Below are positions 13,320 to 27,719 of a stretch of 64,000 bases of DNA, in pieces. Every line of letters begins with the position of its first letter. Positions within the stretch are counted from its first letter, which is position 1. A program made the translations under genes and the position numbers. The stretch comes from the human T2T-CHM13v2.0 reference genome, Homo sapiens. Below the pieces are notes generated by a model. It was not told the origin of the DNA. It did not search any database and saw nothing but the letters and a program-made list of their open reading frames with translations. The DNA lies in assembly GCF_009914755.1 (NCBI RefSeq), contig NC_060935.1, one strand, 5' to 3'.

Positions 13320-13950
13320 TATGAATTCATTTATTAACAAGTAATTGTAAAGCATCTGTTATGTGTCAGACACTATTTTAATTACCAGGGATAGACTGGA
13401 GATCAGTGGAGACAAGCTGCCTGACCTTGAGCAGCCCATGGCCTGTCCAGGGGAAGGAGTGGGAGGGAGGATGACAGATAATAAACAAATAAACAAGAAA
13501 TATATCAGATGGTGATAAGTCTTAGATAGAGAATTAAAATAGGGTGCTTTGATAGAAAGTGACCTGGTGGCAGTGTTAGATTGGATTATCAAGGAAGGCC
13601 TCTCTGGGGAGATAACATTTAATCTGTGATCTGGACTAAAGGAAGAAGCCAGCCACACAGAGGGAACTAGTGTGGAACCGGTACAGCAGCAAGGAGCTTC
13701 GCATGTTCGAGAAACAGTGGAGGGTCAGAGTCAAGGCTGCTGAAGCAGAGTGGATAGAGGGAGGGTAGTATCAGAGAAATGTAGGGAGGTGGGCAGTTAT
13801 CACACGTTATAATATGGGATTTCTAAACCACGGGAAGGACTTTGGATTTCATTCTAAGAAAGCATTGGAAAGTCTTAGCGGGAAAAATGTCATAATCAGA
13901 TTTATTTACAGATAAGAAAGAGAGAGAAAGCCTGAAAATGAGGTTTTAGG
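13320..13950 (-). mobile_element. L2a 3' fragment
   Basis: attcatttattaacaag...tatgtgtcagacact...caaggaaggcctctctggggagataacatttaa...gggaaggactttggatttcattctaag. Confidence 0.85.
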
Positions 13951-13966
13951 GCAGGTAGAGGAAAAG

Positions 13967-14032
13967 GAGATAGATAGAATAGATAGATGATAGATATAGA
14001 TAGATAGGTAGATAGATAGATGATAGAGATAG

Positions 14033-14076
<44 letters not shown>
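13967..14076. repeat. Complex (AGAT)n tetranucleotide STR
   Basis: Interrupted array ending in 11 perfect AGAT units (14033-14076). Confidence 0.97.
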
Positions 14077-14400
14077 GGAAACATGGTATTTAACATATTT
14101 AACAATGTCTTTCACTGGTCATGATCTCTCCTAGTGTCAAACTTGAAGCCAGTTTTAGACATTGCTTCAACAAAACAAAGCAAAATAACAATAAATAAAA
14201 GCCTATACATAAGTCCAATTCCAATACAAGGAAAAACAGGGCAAATTTTACTAAAGATAAAATTCAGGCAGAGAAGTGGGAGGAGGTTCCTTTGTGAAAC
14301 ACAAAGCAAAGTAGCCTCAGAAATCCCATTTCAACATTTCTCTTCCAACGCTCTTCATCCTACACAGCTGCCTCATTTCTCCTTTCCTCTGACCTCTCAA

Positions 14401-15312
<912 letters not shown>

Positions 15313-15629
15313 GTCAGCCCACCTCTACCTTGCCCCTTCTCATAGCACTGATGAAATGCTCTCCTCCTCTCTCTGTTTGGAACCTCTCTTTAGAGACTTG
15401 TCGTCCTTTCTTATGCAAATCAATTTAACCATAAATTAGATCCCAAACTGAGCCCCAACCATGTTCCAGCTCACAGACAAAAAGCAAAGTTTCTTCCTTG
15501 GGATCTCCTCCACATTAACAAGGGTAAAAATGGAACTGGTGACCCTGGGGAAGTTATAACTGACTAGTAATTAAATACAAAAAAAAATGGCAGCAAGGTT
15601 TCATATATCAACTCAATAAGCTTTGAAGG

Positions 15630-16263
15630 AAGGCAGCATTTCAAGATGGGCCCCAAGATTTCTGTCCGCAATGTAATCCCTTTTCCTTAAAATAGGATTT
15701 ATGATTATGATAGGATGCCACTCTTGTGGTTAAGTTACATTATATGGCCAAGGTTAAATAATTTTGTAGAGGTAATTATGATTCCTAATCAGTTGAATTT
15801 GAGATAATATAAAAGGGATTATTCTGGGTGGGCCTGACCTAATCAGGGGAACCCCCTAAATTGTCATATTTAGATCTTGCTTAAAGGGAGAAATTTGAAG
15901 CAAGAGATGTTCCATCTGGCCTTGAGGAAGTGAGAAGAGGTCCTCTGAGAGGGACATGTGGGCAGAATCTTGGGACTGAGAGCAGCCCCAAGCCTACAGC
16001 AAGAAAATGGGTTCCTCGTTCTACAAATTGAAGAAACTAGACTGCCAAAACCCACATGATCTTGGAAGAGAACTCGGAGCTCCAGAAGTGAACGCAGCCC
16101 AGTTAACACCTTGTTTGTAGCTTAGTGAGACCCTGCATAGAGAACTCAGCTTTAGTGTCTGTCTGGATTCCTGACCCATGGAGACTATGAGACAATAAAT
16201 ACATGTTGTTTTAGGCTACTCAGTGTGTGGTAATTTGTTATGCAACAAGAGGAAACTAATATA
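15630..16263 (+). mobile_element. MaLR LTR (MLT1E-like)
   Basis: aagatgggccccaagattt...ggattattctgggtgggcctgacctaatca...gtggtaatttgttatgcaacaagaggaaactaatata. Confidence 0.85.
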
Positions 16264-16460
16264 AACCGTGGAAAACATTCCTAGATCTATTTCATTAGTA
16301 CTATTCTGTGGTTATTTTTATTTTTTTCTGTAACCTCCCTTCCTCTGCCTCCAGCACAATACTTTTTTCCTTACTTTAACATTTCTTATACTTACTCTTG
16401 CTGGAGCAGTTTGTCCTCCTAATGGCCTATTTCAACACTTTTCTAATTTGCTTTTCTAAG

Positions 16461-16795
16461 TGTCTTATTCCATTTATAGAATATCATAAATTAAGTATCC
16501 AATAAATAACAGATTAATTTCTCACAGTTCTAAAGGCTGGGAGATCAAGATGCCAACATATTTAGTATCTGTTGAAGACCTGTTTCCTGGTGCATAGACA
16601 ACCTTCTTTTCTCTGTGTCCTCATATGGTGGAAGGGATGAGGGATCTCTTTGGATTCTCTTTTATAAGGGCACTAATCCCACCTAGGAGAGTTTCACCAT
16701 CACCTAAATATCTCACGAAGGCCTATACCATCCTCTTGGGGGTTAAGATTTCAATATATGCATTTTGGAGAGACATAAACATTCAGACCATAGCA
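16461..16795 (-). mobile_element. MaLR LTR (MLT1A-like)
   Basis: atttctcacagttctaaaggctggga...ttttataagggcactaatccc...aaacattcagaccatagca. Confidence 0.85.
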
Positions 16796-17169
16796 TTTAG
16801 TGTTATAAAACATTTGCTCTTTTCACAAAGATATTTCTCTCTGTCCAGATTTTTCTTCTATCTTATCTCTCTTTTAAAATCCTACTTATCCTTTTAAGTA
16901 TGGTCTCGGGATACTTCCACCATGAAGCCTCATCTGATTACAGTTGTGACCACTCATTCCAACTTTCCATAGCACTTTTAGCACAATGCTTGGAGGTTAT
17001 TTTAGAGAGCAAAATCACCAACAAAAAGCACACTGCCTTTGCCACTTCCTTCATGCATCTTCATGTTGCTTATTGCCTTGTTTTAAAGTCATTTGATTGT
17101 TGTTTCCCATCCTCAGTTGCACTATAATCTCTTTGATTACAGAGACCACATTTTTTCATTAGCACCAAA

Positions 17170-18103
17170 TACAACGAACTTCATTATTTGTTGTTTCCAT
17201 ATTTGCAACTTTGTTAATTGCTAAAGTTTATTTGTAACTTTAAAAGCATGCCTGTAGTCCCAGCTACCATGCGGAAGCTGAGGTGGGAGAATCACCTGAG
17301 CCCAGATAATGAATCTTCATTATTTGTTGTTTCCATATTTGCAATTTTGTTGATTGCTAAAGTTTACTTTAACTTCAAAAGTGTGCCTGTAGTCCCAGCT
17401 ACCAGGGAGGCTGAGGTGGGAGAATCACCTGAGCCCAAGGAGGTCGAGGCTACAGTCAGCTGTGATTGTGCCACTGCAGTCCAGCCTGGGCAAGTGAGAC
17501 CCTGCCTCAAAAAAATAAAATAAAATCAATACTCATGGCACTTTCACAGTCATTCATGAGCATGCATATATGCAAAGTGGCAAAAAACGGAGTTGCCTGA
17601 CATGCACACACCCAGCTAAGGTGGAACATGTCAATCCTTTTCTTCTTGTTTCAGCTGTCATACTGGAAACAAGTTCCCTTTTTTAAGTCTACTCAGTGGC
17701 AAATTTTTTTTTCATTTTTGTGCTTTTTCTTGGTGATTTTGCTGTCTAAAATGACCCCCAGGCATTGTGCTAAAGTGCTATCTATTATACCTACTCACAA
17801 GAAGGCTATGTTGTGCCTTATGGAGAAAATAGATGTTAGATAATCTTTATTCCGGCATGAGTTTTAGTGCTGTTGCCACGAACTTAATGTGAAAGAATTA
17901 GTAATGCATAAGAAATAAAGTGTCTTTAAATGGAAACACACAGAAATTAAAGTTATATGTTGATCTGTTGACAAAAATGTTGTGACCAGATGCTCATAGG
18001 AACCAAACCTTGTAATTACCCTAGGAACAATGGTTCAGTGTTTGCTAATTCAGCATTTGTGGCAACTTTATAGAACATAACTACTGCAAACAAGAATCAA
18101 CTA
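17170..18103. mobile_element. TcMar-Tigger non-autonomous element (MER82-like) carrying an Alu insertion and a duplication
   Basis: cttcattatttg...gctaaagtttatttgtaac, then aaaatcaatactc...ttcttgtttcagctgtcatactggaaacaag, ending tagaacataactactgc...gaatcaacta. Confidence 0.75.
17380..17525 (+). mobile_element. 5'-truncated AluJ/FRAM-like right monomer
   Basis: gcctgtagtcccagctac...ggaggtcgaggctacagt...gagaccctgcctcaaaaaaataaaataaaa. A partial duplicate lies at about 17246-17305. Confidence 0.9.
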
Positions 18104-19519
18104 TACTGAGTATATTTTGTCACTGCCTCCTAAGAATTCCTAAATGTGCCTCATTTTTTCATATTATTGCTTTATCTTTCCATCCATTCATCAACTGACT
18201 ATCCATTGAATATTTATTTCTTCCTTTATCTCTGCCAGACACTGCTTGGGACTGAAGGTACAAAGGCAAACAAGAGAGACATTATCTTTATTCTCTGGAA
18301 TCTCACAGGGCAGCACTGAATAATATAGAATGGTACATATTACAGTACAAAAGATACACCATTTATTAAAGTTCACACAATGAAAACCATATGTACAGTT
18401 TTATATCAGAGTTGATCTTCTGAAGAAATAATATATAGAAAATAGCCTGATGAAGGATAGTGGCAGAAGGAAGTTGAGTAAAAGATCCTGAAGTGAGAGA
18501 ACTAGGCATCAGTAAAGAATGAAAAGAATGCTAGTAGAGCTACAGGGTGCAATTCAGAAAGAGTGGAGTGGTGTAAGCCCAGAGATTTTGAAAGCAACAT
18601 GCTATTTCTCTGCATAGAAAATGTTCATGCAAAGTTATTGTCAAAGATAATTAAAAATCAACAAATGATGACTAAATGGTTGAAGTGCATCTTATATAAA
18701 CAACCCGAGAAACTTAATTTTCAAATGTATTTGTTCAAAATCAGTAGTACTGGTTTTTTAGGGTATACATTTATATTATATTAGTTAAATTAGATGTTCA
18801 AATGGTGAACTTAAAACTCTTGAAAGTTTAAAAATCAAAATAAAATAAACAAGTAATATGACAACCTGACATAACATTTATAAAGCATTTTATGTAAAAG
18901 AATAACTCAATTTAAAGACTATCTGGCCAATACTCAATTTTCTATCAATGAAATAAATATTTCACTATCAACACAGCTTTCAAGGCACATAATCCTCCAG
19001 TGGTATATAAAACGTTAATATATATATGGGCAGGTTCATCATATTATGAAATCATCATTCTCACTTAAAATTCCAGAACTGATGAATTTTGATTACTGCT
19101 GCTTCTACAAAAGTGATCACAATCAGTTAATCCTTTCCCTGGAATAATTATAAAATAAATACTGTTTATCCTGTTATTTTCAGTGTTAATGGTGTGGTTT
19201 TAAATTTTTATTTTTTAAAAAAGTTATTTTTATCCATATGCTAATGACTTGTATTCAGATTAAATATTTCTCAAAGTGAATATACTATTCTTATTTCTAA
19301 ACACATGGGACATTAACTATTTGCTTCCATACTTTGACAAGCCTTTGTGTATCAAGAAACTTTACTGTTGACGCCTGTATTACCTAGCCTATGACCGTAG
19401 TTCTTTGTGAAATTAAATTACCATTCCAATGTCCATCACTGATATTAAACTTGGTATTAACTAAATACTTCCTTTTGTTCTACTTAGAATATCAATGCAT
19501 GAATCCTATTAGAGGGGAA

Positions 19520-19638
19520 AATATATATATATATACATAAACACACACACACACACGTATACATATATACACATATATATACATATGTATATACATGCAT
19601 ATATATCTGTGTGTGTGTGTGTCTACATACATATATAG
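19520..19638. repeat. Compound (TA)/(CA)/(TG) microsatellite
   Basis: Direct reading. Confidence 0.93.
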
Positions 19639-22600
19639 ATGGAAGGAAGATATTTTGTTCAGAGACTACTAGTCCTTGATTTTTCCTGAGTCTTCAAGGA
19701 AACGTAATCCTGTTTGATGATCTAAAAAATTGAAATGCATGAAAGAAAGTATATATAATTAAATCAATTTTTGAATATATTTACAATTATACTACTTTAT
19801 TTGGCAGAGTATGAAGGAAAGAATATGGGACCAGTAGGAGTTTTTATTTTGTGTTCCACAGCATAATAATTTCAAATGCTTAATAGATGATGCTTAAGAA
19901 AAGGGATAAAGGGCTCTTTAAAGAACCAGACAATCACTCAGAGAAATGCTGAGCTGGAGAGGAAAGTTTGGCTTTTACAGGAGATTGACTATGCCTGAAA
20001 TATAAATGAAAACAATAATAAAGAGTTAGTTTTCACTTATATGACACAAATAAAAAATAACACTTCAGAAATGCATGAGAGAGGCATGAGTTTTTTAAAA
20101 AAATAGTGAATCAAGCAAAAATAAACAGGCATTGATGTTTACCACTGCATTTTTATTATAATGTTTTATAATAGTGTAAATTAAGAAATATCAGCATTAA
20201 ACATTTGTATGTCAATTTCATACACTGACATACATTAAAATAGAAAAGCATAGAGGTGATAAAATGATTATGAAGATATTCATTATAAAATACATTATTA
20301 AATGTAAAAAGTTTGTCACAGTGTTATGTATACATATATAAATATTTTATAAATATGTTAGTAAGATTGGAAAGATAAGGACAAAAATATTAACAGTATT
20401 TCTGGATGGATAAATGGTCTGTTAATGATTCTATTTTACATTTATTTTAACTTACATGATTTTCAATTTTTTCTGCAAAGATGAAATGTTATTGCATCAT
20501 ATGTAAAACAGATTTTAGTGAATATTGATAACTTTTGACTTCCTCACATTCTCCTTTTTCACCTCAAGTGACTTTTACTTTGCTGAAAGGTCGTTGGAAT
20601 AGACAAGAGTTCTTTTTTTGAAGCTGGGGATGAGCGTTCATAGACTGTTTCAGCATAAGAAAAAATTTAGAAGGTCTTCCACAAATTCAACCTTCAAAAT
20701 CAGCTTCTAAGCTCCCTGTGGAAGGGTTCACTTAGGCATGCAATTACCCATCGCAGGTCTAATTGCCCATTTGCATGCACAATTTAGAAAGGCACAGTTG
20801 AAATTTAGTCCCAGGCTCTCCAACACTAATTTTCTCCCTTGAAATTGACATTTCAAAGAACATCAGGTGGCTAAACCTCCAGACTTGTTATTTATTTCAA
20901 CAAAAAGGGAATTTTCTCCTTTCCAAGTTGAAGGTTTGGTTTAAAAAATTGAATTAAAAGATGAAAGGGAAAAGACAAGTACACAAAGGAATATGCCTCA
21001 CCTTTACACTATCAAGAATAGACTCTTATTTGCTTTGAAAACAGTTATAATGTGATCGGTTATCCAATTAGCAAGACTGTCTCTACTTCTGCCTGAAGAG
21101 AAAAAGATACTTAACCATCTTGCAGTTTCATGCCTCCATTTATAAATAACTCTATCCTCCTCTGTAAAAGTGGGGATAATAATACACACTTCTTGGTACA
21201 GTTTTGAAAATTAGAACTGATAATACATATGAACAAATGTATGTGGTGAGCTCTCAATATTAGTCTCCTTTCTCCATTCCCCTCTATTTTCTGTACATGC
21301 TGTCCTTCACTTTCACAGGTAGCAAGACACAGAGTTGACTTGTGCCAGCTAACAACTAAAAATATTAAGTGGTGAAACAAGGTTATCTCTTCCCTGCCAA
21401 GTCAGTTTTGTGAGCCCTAATCGAAGAGACTGAAAATAGACGCATTTATGAATTTGATGGTTAGGCTTACTGTGTTATTTAAAACAACGTTTATCAATAG
21501 CTCTATCAATGGAAAAGAAAAAAATGAAGTCTACCAACTGCTAGGTATTGTGAAAAACTAGCAATCTATCTTACCTCCATTACTACACATTAAAAACAAA
21601 ACAAACAAACAAAATAATAACTATGTAGGCCCTTGGGAGTGAGTTGAACACATAAAAGGTATCTGACTTCTGCCTAAATCATGGAGAGGTGAGTAGTGGT
21701 CTGGTTAACAGCTTTGGCAGTAAAAAAGAGTTCCTGCTGCATTGGGGCGGTGTGATCCCAGGGCAAAAGGACATGTGGTTTTCTATGGAGCCGCTGTAGG
21801 TATACAAGAAAGAGTTAGAGCACATGATCTTCGGACTTGTCCAAGAGGGCCATCACAGGGACGAACTAATCTCAGCAAAGAGAAATTGTCAGCCAGTCAT
21901 ATGCCTCTTTCCACCTACCCCGCCTACAGTCTTCCTCTCTAATGTAGGGTGGGGGAAGAGATTACAACTCTAAATCAAGTAGGATTTTCATTATTGCATG
22001 AGCTTACACATGTGTGAGCATACCAGCTCAAAACATTAGCCCTGGCAATACTTGGCACGTCACAATTAATCAGTAAATTGGAAGGAAAGAAGGAAGGCAG
22101 GAAAGAGTTCATTTGTTTTTACAGATACAGGAGAATACATTTATATGAGTTTAGATACTCACTGGGCAACAGCAGGGCAAATTCAAGAATGAACGAAATT
22201 TCTCTTTCACATCTAACTCTCCTGCCTTCTTTTCAGATGCTTTTGTGTCTTGCTGCTTTGATCTTTTTTCTTCCCTTGCGCAGTCCTGCATGCACGGGCC
22301 TCATAATGCATTTTTTACTAACAAACTCCCTTTATAAGGAGTCCTTACAGTCTGACTCAAGTAAAGGAAGCAAGATCAAATTTCCAAAGAGGAATCCTGC
22401 TATCCCCCCCGCCACCAATGTGTAACGCTGCTTCTGTTTCTATTAGTCAATCTATGGGTTAAGAGCTGCAAACCTACGCTCCACACCTTACCTAAACAGG
22501 TGTTGTGATTGCATTTGTTACAACAAGCAATTTGTGCTGAAGTTATTAAATAGCTCCCCATTTAACTCCAACACTGGTGTGGGTTGCGATGGTAAAACAA

Positions 22601-23025
22601 AAAATACATTAATCAATTAGTATTTAGGTTGAGAGATGGTGAACATAATACCTGAACAAGTTCTTTAAGGAATTAAAAAATAAATGGACATCACATATTA
22701 TAGGCTTAGAGACCAACAAGTGTCTTCTGAATTACTCCAGTGATGTTATTTCTGGATGTAATCAATTTCTACATTAATTGCTTCTGCTCTATCATTCTTA
22801 AAAGGTGGATATGTGCTTTTATTTTTGCCTCATATAGTTTGAACATATGTGAACAGTATCATAGGGAAAGAAAAAAAAATGTATGCACTTGACCAGCCTG
22901 GGAGTGGAATGAGCAGAATAGGTTGCCCTCAGAATATTGCCACACTCTCAACCCTGTCTACAGGGTTATTTTACTGACATGGGGCAGTAGGCCTTCTTTA
23001 AGCATTCGTGATCACATTCTTCATG

Positions 23026-23315
23026 TTTTTGTTTTTGGTTTTTGAGACAGGGTCTCACTCTGTCGCCCAGTTTAGAGTGCAGTGGAGTGATCATGGATCA
23101 CTTCAGTCCAAACTCTCCAGGCTCAGGTGATTCTCTTGCTTCAGCCTCCCGAGTAGTTGGGACAACAGGTGCATGCCATTACACCCGGATAAGTTTTGTA
23201 GGGATGGAGTCTCACCGTGCTGCCCAGGCTGGTCTCCAACTCCTGAGCTCAAGCAATCCACCTACCTTGGCCATCTAAAGTGCTGGGATTACAGGCATGA
23301 ACCCCTACATCCGAC
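23026..23315 (-). mobile_element. AluJ
   Basis: gagacagggtctcactctgtcgcccag...ctcctgagctcaagcaatcc, J-type and diverged. Confidence 0.92.
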
Positions 23316-23399
23316 TTAGATTTTTTGTTTATAATCCTCCCTCATTGACCTACCATCATCTCCAGTCTTTGTTCCTTCTCCTCTGCTTTATTTACAAAT

Positions 23400-25695
23400 A
23401 TTGAAAGACCTCTGAGCCTGGACCTGGGCATAATTCTTACTCAAATTCCACCTACTCCATAGGTTATCTCTTCAAGTGACTATGAGTGCCATACTTAATA
23501 ACATTGTATGATTACATATATGTACTATATATGTATATTTTTTCCTCCATTTCTAATGTCACAAATAAGGTTCAGTTATATTCCAATGTTCAACATCCTC
23601 CCTACTATCTCCCTTTTGGTATCTAATAGCCATTTCAAATTAATATAGATAAATATTACTTTTGAATCCCTACCCCCTGGTGTTCCTACTGTAAATTTCT
23701 TCCCCTCCAATATTTTCCTTTCATTAAATGGCACAACATACATTTAGTTGCTTAAACCAAATACCTATGTATCATCGTTTCTTCTTTTTTTCTCTTTCTC
23801 TTATCCCCATAACTAGTCTAAGAAAATCCTACCCAGTTCAAAATACATTGAACATGCTTCCACTTCTCTTTTATTTTCACTTTTCTCCATTCACCTTTCA
23901 TAAAAAAAATCATCATCTTTATCCCTGACTCCTGCAATACCTGTTTTTGACCTACACTTTAGCAACTAGATCTTTTAAAGACATAAATCACACAATCTCA
24001 CCACTTAGGACCTTTTGTAACAAATACAAATTGTATCCTACACAATTTCTAATAGACTACCATTTGTATTTGTACCAAAAGCAAATTTCTTAAAATGTCT
24101 GTAAAACTCCACATTATTGGGCCTTACATATCCTTCTCACTTTATCACTCACCACTTTGCTCCCTGCTCGCTCTGCTCCCAGCATATGACTTTCTTTCCA
24201 CTCCTGCTTTAGCAACTACAGTCATGCACCACACAATGGCATTTTAGTTAATGACCAGCCACATGGTCTTACAAGACTATAATGGAGCTGAAAAGTTCCT
24301 ATGGCCTAGTGACATTGTTTCCATCATAAAGTCCTAGCATTACTCATGTGTTTGTGGTGATGCTGGTGTAAACAAACCTATTGCAACTGCCAGTCATATA
24401 AAAGTCTAGCATATACAATTATGTATAGTACATAATACTTGATAATGATAATAAATGGCTATGTTATTTATGCATTTATAATATTATACTATTTATCTTT
24501 ATTTTGCAGTGTAATCCTTCTAGTTATTTTTTTAAAAAAGTTAACTGTAAAACAGCCTCTGGCAGTTTATGCAGGAGTTATTCCCAAAGAAGACACTGTT
24601 ATTATAGGAGATGACATCTCCACACGTGTTATTGTCCCTAAACACCTTCCAGTGGGGCAAGATGTGGAAGTAGAATACAATGATATGGATGACCCTAACC
24701 CTGTGTAGGCCTAGATAATGTGTACATGTGTGTCTTAGTTTTTAATAAAAAACTTTAAAAAGTTAAAAAAATAAAAAATATTACAAATGAAAAAAGTACA
24801 CTGACTGATATAAAAAAGTATTTTTGTACAGCTGTACAATGTTTTTGTGTTTTAAACTAAGTGTTATTTAAAAAGAATCAGAAGAGCTAAAAATAATTCA
24901 AAAGTTTATAAAGTAAAAAAAGTTACAGTAAGCTAAGGTTAATTAATTATTGAAGCACATTTTTGTTTATAAATTTAGTGTAGTGCAAGTGTACAGTGTT
25001 TATAATTCTATAATGGTATACAATAATGTTCTAGGACTTCACATTCACTTCCCACTCACTGACTCACCTAGAGCAACTTCTAGTCCTGCAAGCTCCATTG
25101 TGGTAAGTGACTTATACAGATATGCCATTTTAAAAAATCTTTTAGACCCCATTTTTACTATACCATTTCTTTATTTGGATATGTTTAGATACACAATACC
25201 TACCATTGTGTTACACTTGCCTACAGTATTCACTACAGTAACATGCTCTACAGGCTTTGGCTTAGGAGCAACAGGCCATACCTTATAGCCTAGGTGTAGT
25301 AGGCCATGCCATCAAGGTTTGTGTAAGTACACTCTATGATGTTTGCACAATGAGGAAATTGTTTAATAATGCATTTCTCAGAACATATCCCCATCATTCA
25401 GCAAAACATGACTGTATTTCTTCTACTTAAAATGTTGGCCTTCCATGCCAACAATCTGATAACAAGTTTCTCCTGTTATTTAGGTCTCAACTCAGATGTT
25501 TTATCCTTAATTACATCCTGCCACTCTAATCACTAAAGCACCAATCTTCCTCCTTCTTTCCTTCACTGTGCTTATCACTCCCTCAAATTACTTCATTCAT
25601 ATATGATTTTACTTGCTTTTATTTTATATTCCCCTATCAGTATGAGAGCTTTATCACCATTCTTGGCACACAGTAGATACTCATTCATATGAATT
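23400..25695 (+). mobile_element. L2 fragment split by Tigger3
   Basis: Pyrimidine-rich L2 3' sequence at about 23400-24216, resuming at 25417-25695 and ending tggcacacagtagatactca. Confidence 0.65.
24219..25414. mobile_element. Tigger3b-like (Golem) DNA transposon
   Basis: TIRs cagtcatg...catgactg with TA target duplication (24217-18 and 25415-16). About 1.2 kb. Contains tataatggagctgaaaagttcctat. Confidence 0.9.
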
Positions 25696-25769
25696 AGGAA
25701 GTAACGTTCTGCACATTGTGGTTATCTAGTAACCTGAGAAAGACTGCAACAAAAGTTTTACTTTACTAC

Positions 25770-25997
25770 CTAACATTTATTTAGGGCCCACTATGAGTCA
25801 CAGATATTTTTCTAGGCACTTAACATATATCAACTCTTCAACAATCCTATGAGATTGATATCATTTTATAGATGAGGAAACTGGAGCACAGAACTTTACA
25901 TAAGTTGCCAGGGTCACATACCTAGTACTCTGTAGGTAGAGTTGGGCTGTGGACCAGGCAATGGGGTGCCAGAATCTGCACTTCTAAACATCACACT
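25770..25997 (-). mobile_element. MIR SINE
   Basis: caacaatcctatgaga...cattttatagatgaggaaactgg...agttgccagggtcaca. Confidence 0.85.
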
Positions 25998-27082
25998 CAG
26001 CTGGTGGCAGAAAGCACCTTTAGTAGCCAGGCCACTCAAAATGCACTCTCAAAATATGAACTGAAGAGGCAGACAGTCAGTCATATTTTGCAATTAGCAG
26101 GCAGTAGAGACAATGAAATAGTAGACACTATAAGAGACATTATATTTAGAATACAGAACCATGCAAAAACCAAAAATAATACAACCAGAAGACCAAATAG
26201 TTTTATGGGAGCCTGCAGAAACAGAGAAGCACAATGGTAACAAATACCCTGACTATTTGCTTCCTTTGTTCCAAAATTACATCTTAAGTTTCATGGAGGC
26301 TCCATTTCAAGCTATGGAGCTACTTTGAGTACCCACAACATTCCTGTTTTCATTCTTCTCCTTGTCGTTCTTATTTCTGTGTTTATCTCTATTATAAATC
26401 CCCAGTACTTGAGGTGATTTGATTGAACTCTGTTCCTTGAAAACAAAATTGCACAGTATAGCCAGAAGTTATTACCTCCCTATTTTCTATTCAAAGACTT
26501 CTTTCTACTCTCATTTAGGTGTCAATGAATTTCTGCAAAGGTGTTACTTGCTAATTATGGTTCTGGCTTACAATGGTGTACAGCAATGCTTCTCCACTGA
26601 AGTTCTCCCTGGGACATGAGAGTGAATAGGCTCCTCTGGGATTTCAGGGGCAGAATCTGCAGTGACCACTGCAGGGGAGAAAAATCTTTGAAGTCTTGTA
26701 TCTTACATTTACAAATGCATATGACTTTTGCATTCTTTCATAATATGACCATGCTAGTTTTACTGTAACAATGTTTTTTCCATGGTTTCGAGGACTATCT
26801 AATATGTCACCGTGTACATTATTTTGAAAGGTACAACATTAAAATATAAACACTTTAAAAATGTATACAGTTTTAAAGTAGTCATCACAAGTTAGAAAGA
26901 AAAAACAGTCTTCAATATCTGAAAGCACTTTGCTATAATGATGGAAATCCAAATAATGAAAATTGCTATTTGCCAGCATGAAGTCCTGCTTTGGACCCCT
27001 CTCGGACAAATTTACAGATCACATTTTCTTTAGAGGCTTCCACAAGATTATATTATGACTTATTTCTAGATCTGGATTGAGA

Positions 27083-27360
27083 CCAATGGCTTCCAAACAT
27101 TTTATCACTGACTCATAATAGGAATAAATTTTACATTGCAGCCTAGTACACACAACCACATACCTAAAGCCAAAGTTTCATGAAATAATAGAGTATCTTA
27201 CTATACATAGTACACTCTATTCTATTCCATTCGAATATCCATCCATCCATTCTATTATGTCCATACCAATTTTATTTTCTAACACATGCTGATCAAGAAT
27301 CACTAAACTGATTATAAAATCTAGGAACGTGTGAAGACTCTTGCTTTGAAAGACATTGCA
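27083..27360. mobile_element. hAT-Charlie-type MITE remnant
   Basis: caatggcttccaaacattt...ttttacattgcagcctagtacaca...tttgaaagacattg, with CA..TG inverted ends. Subfamily not determined. Confidence 0.5.
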
Positions 27361-27719
27361 TAAGACAATATCTCCATCATGTGTCATGCAAAGGCAACAT
27401 GTTTATAAATGGGAAGGACACCGATGTGAATTAGACAGTATAGAAATCAAGCCGAAAAGAAATGTGCTACATCCCACAGATGAAGTCTAAAGTCAACTAG
27501 GATAATACTTAAAGAACTATACTTATTTTTCCTCAGAACAGTTAACATATCCAAAGTTCTACTTGAAGACTTACTTCTCCCTTGAACCAACTGCATTCAT
27601 TGTACCTCCCCTAACTGACGCTCACAGCTTGGGTCTCGTCTCTCTGTTAGGACATGTAAGCACCATGACTTACTTTTTAAAATATTTCTTTTTGAAAACT
27701 GGAGAAAAAAAATTTCAAA

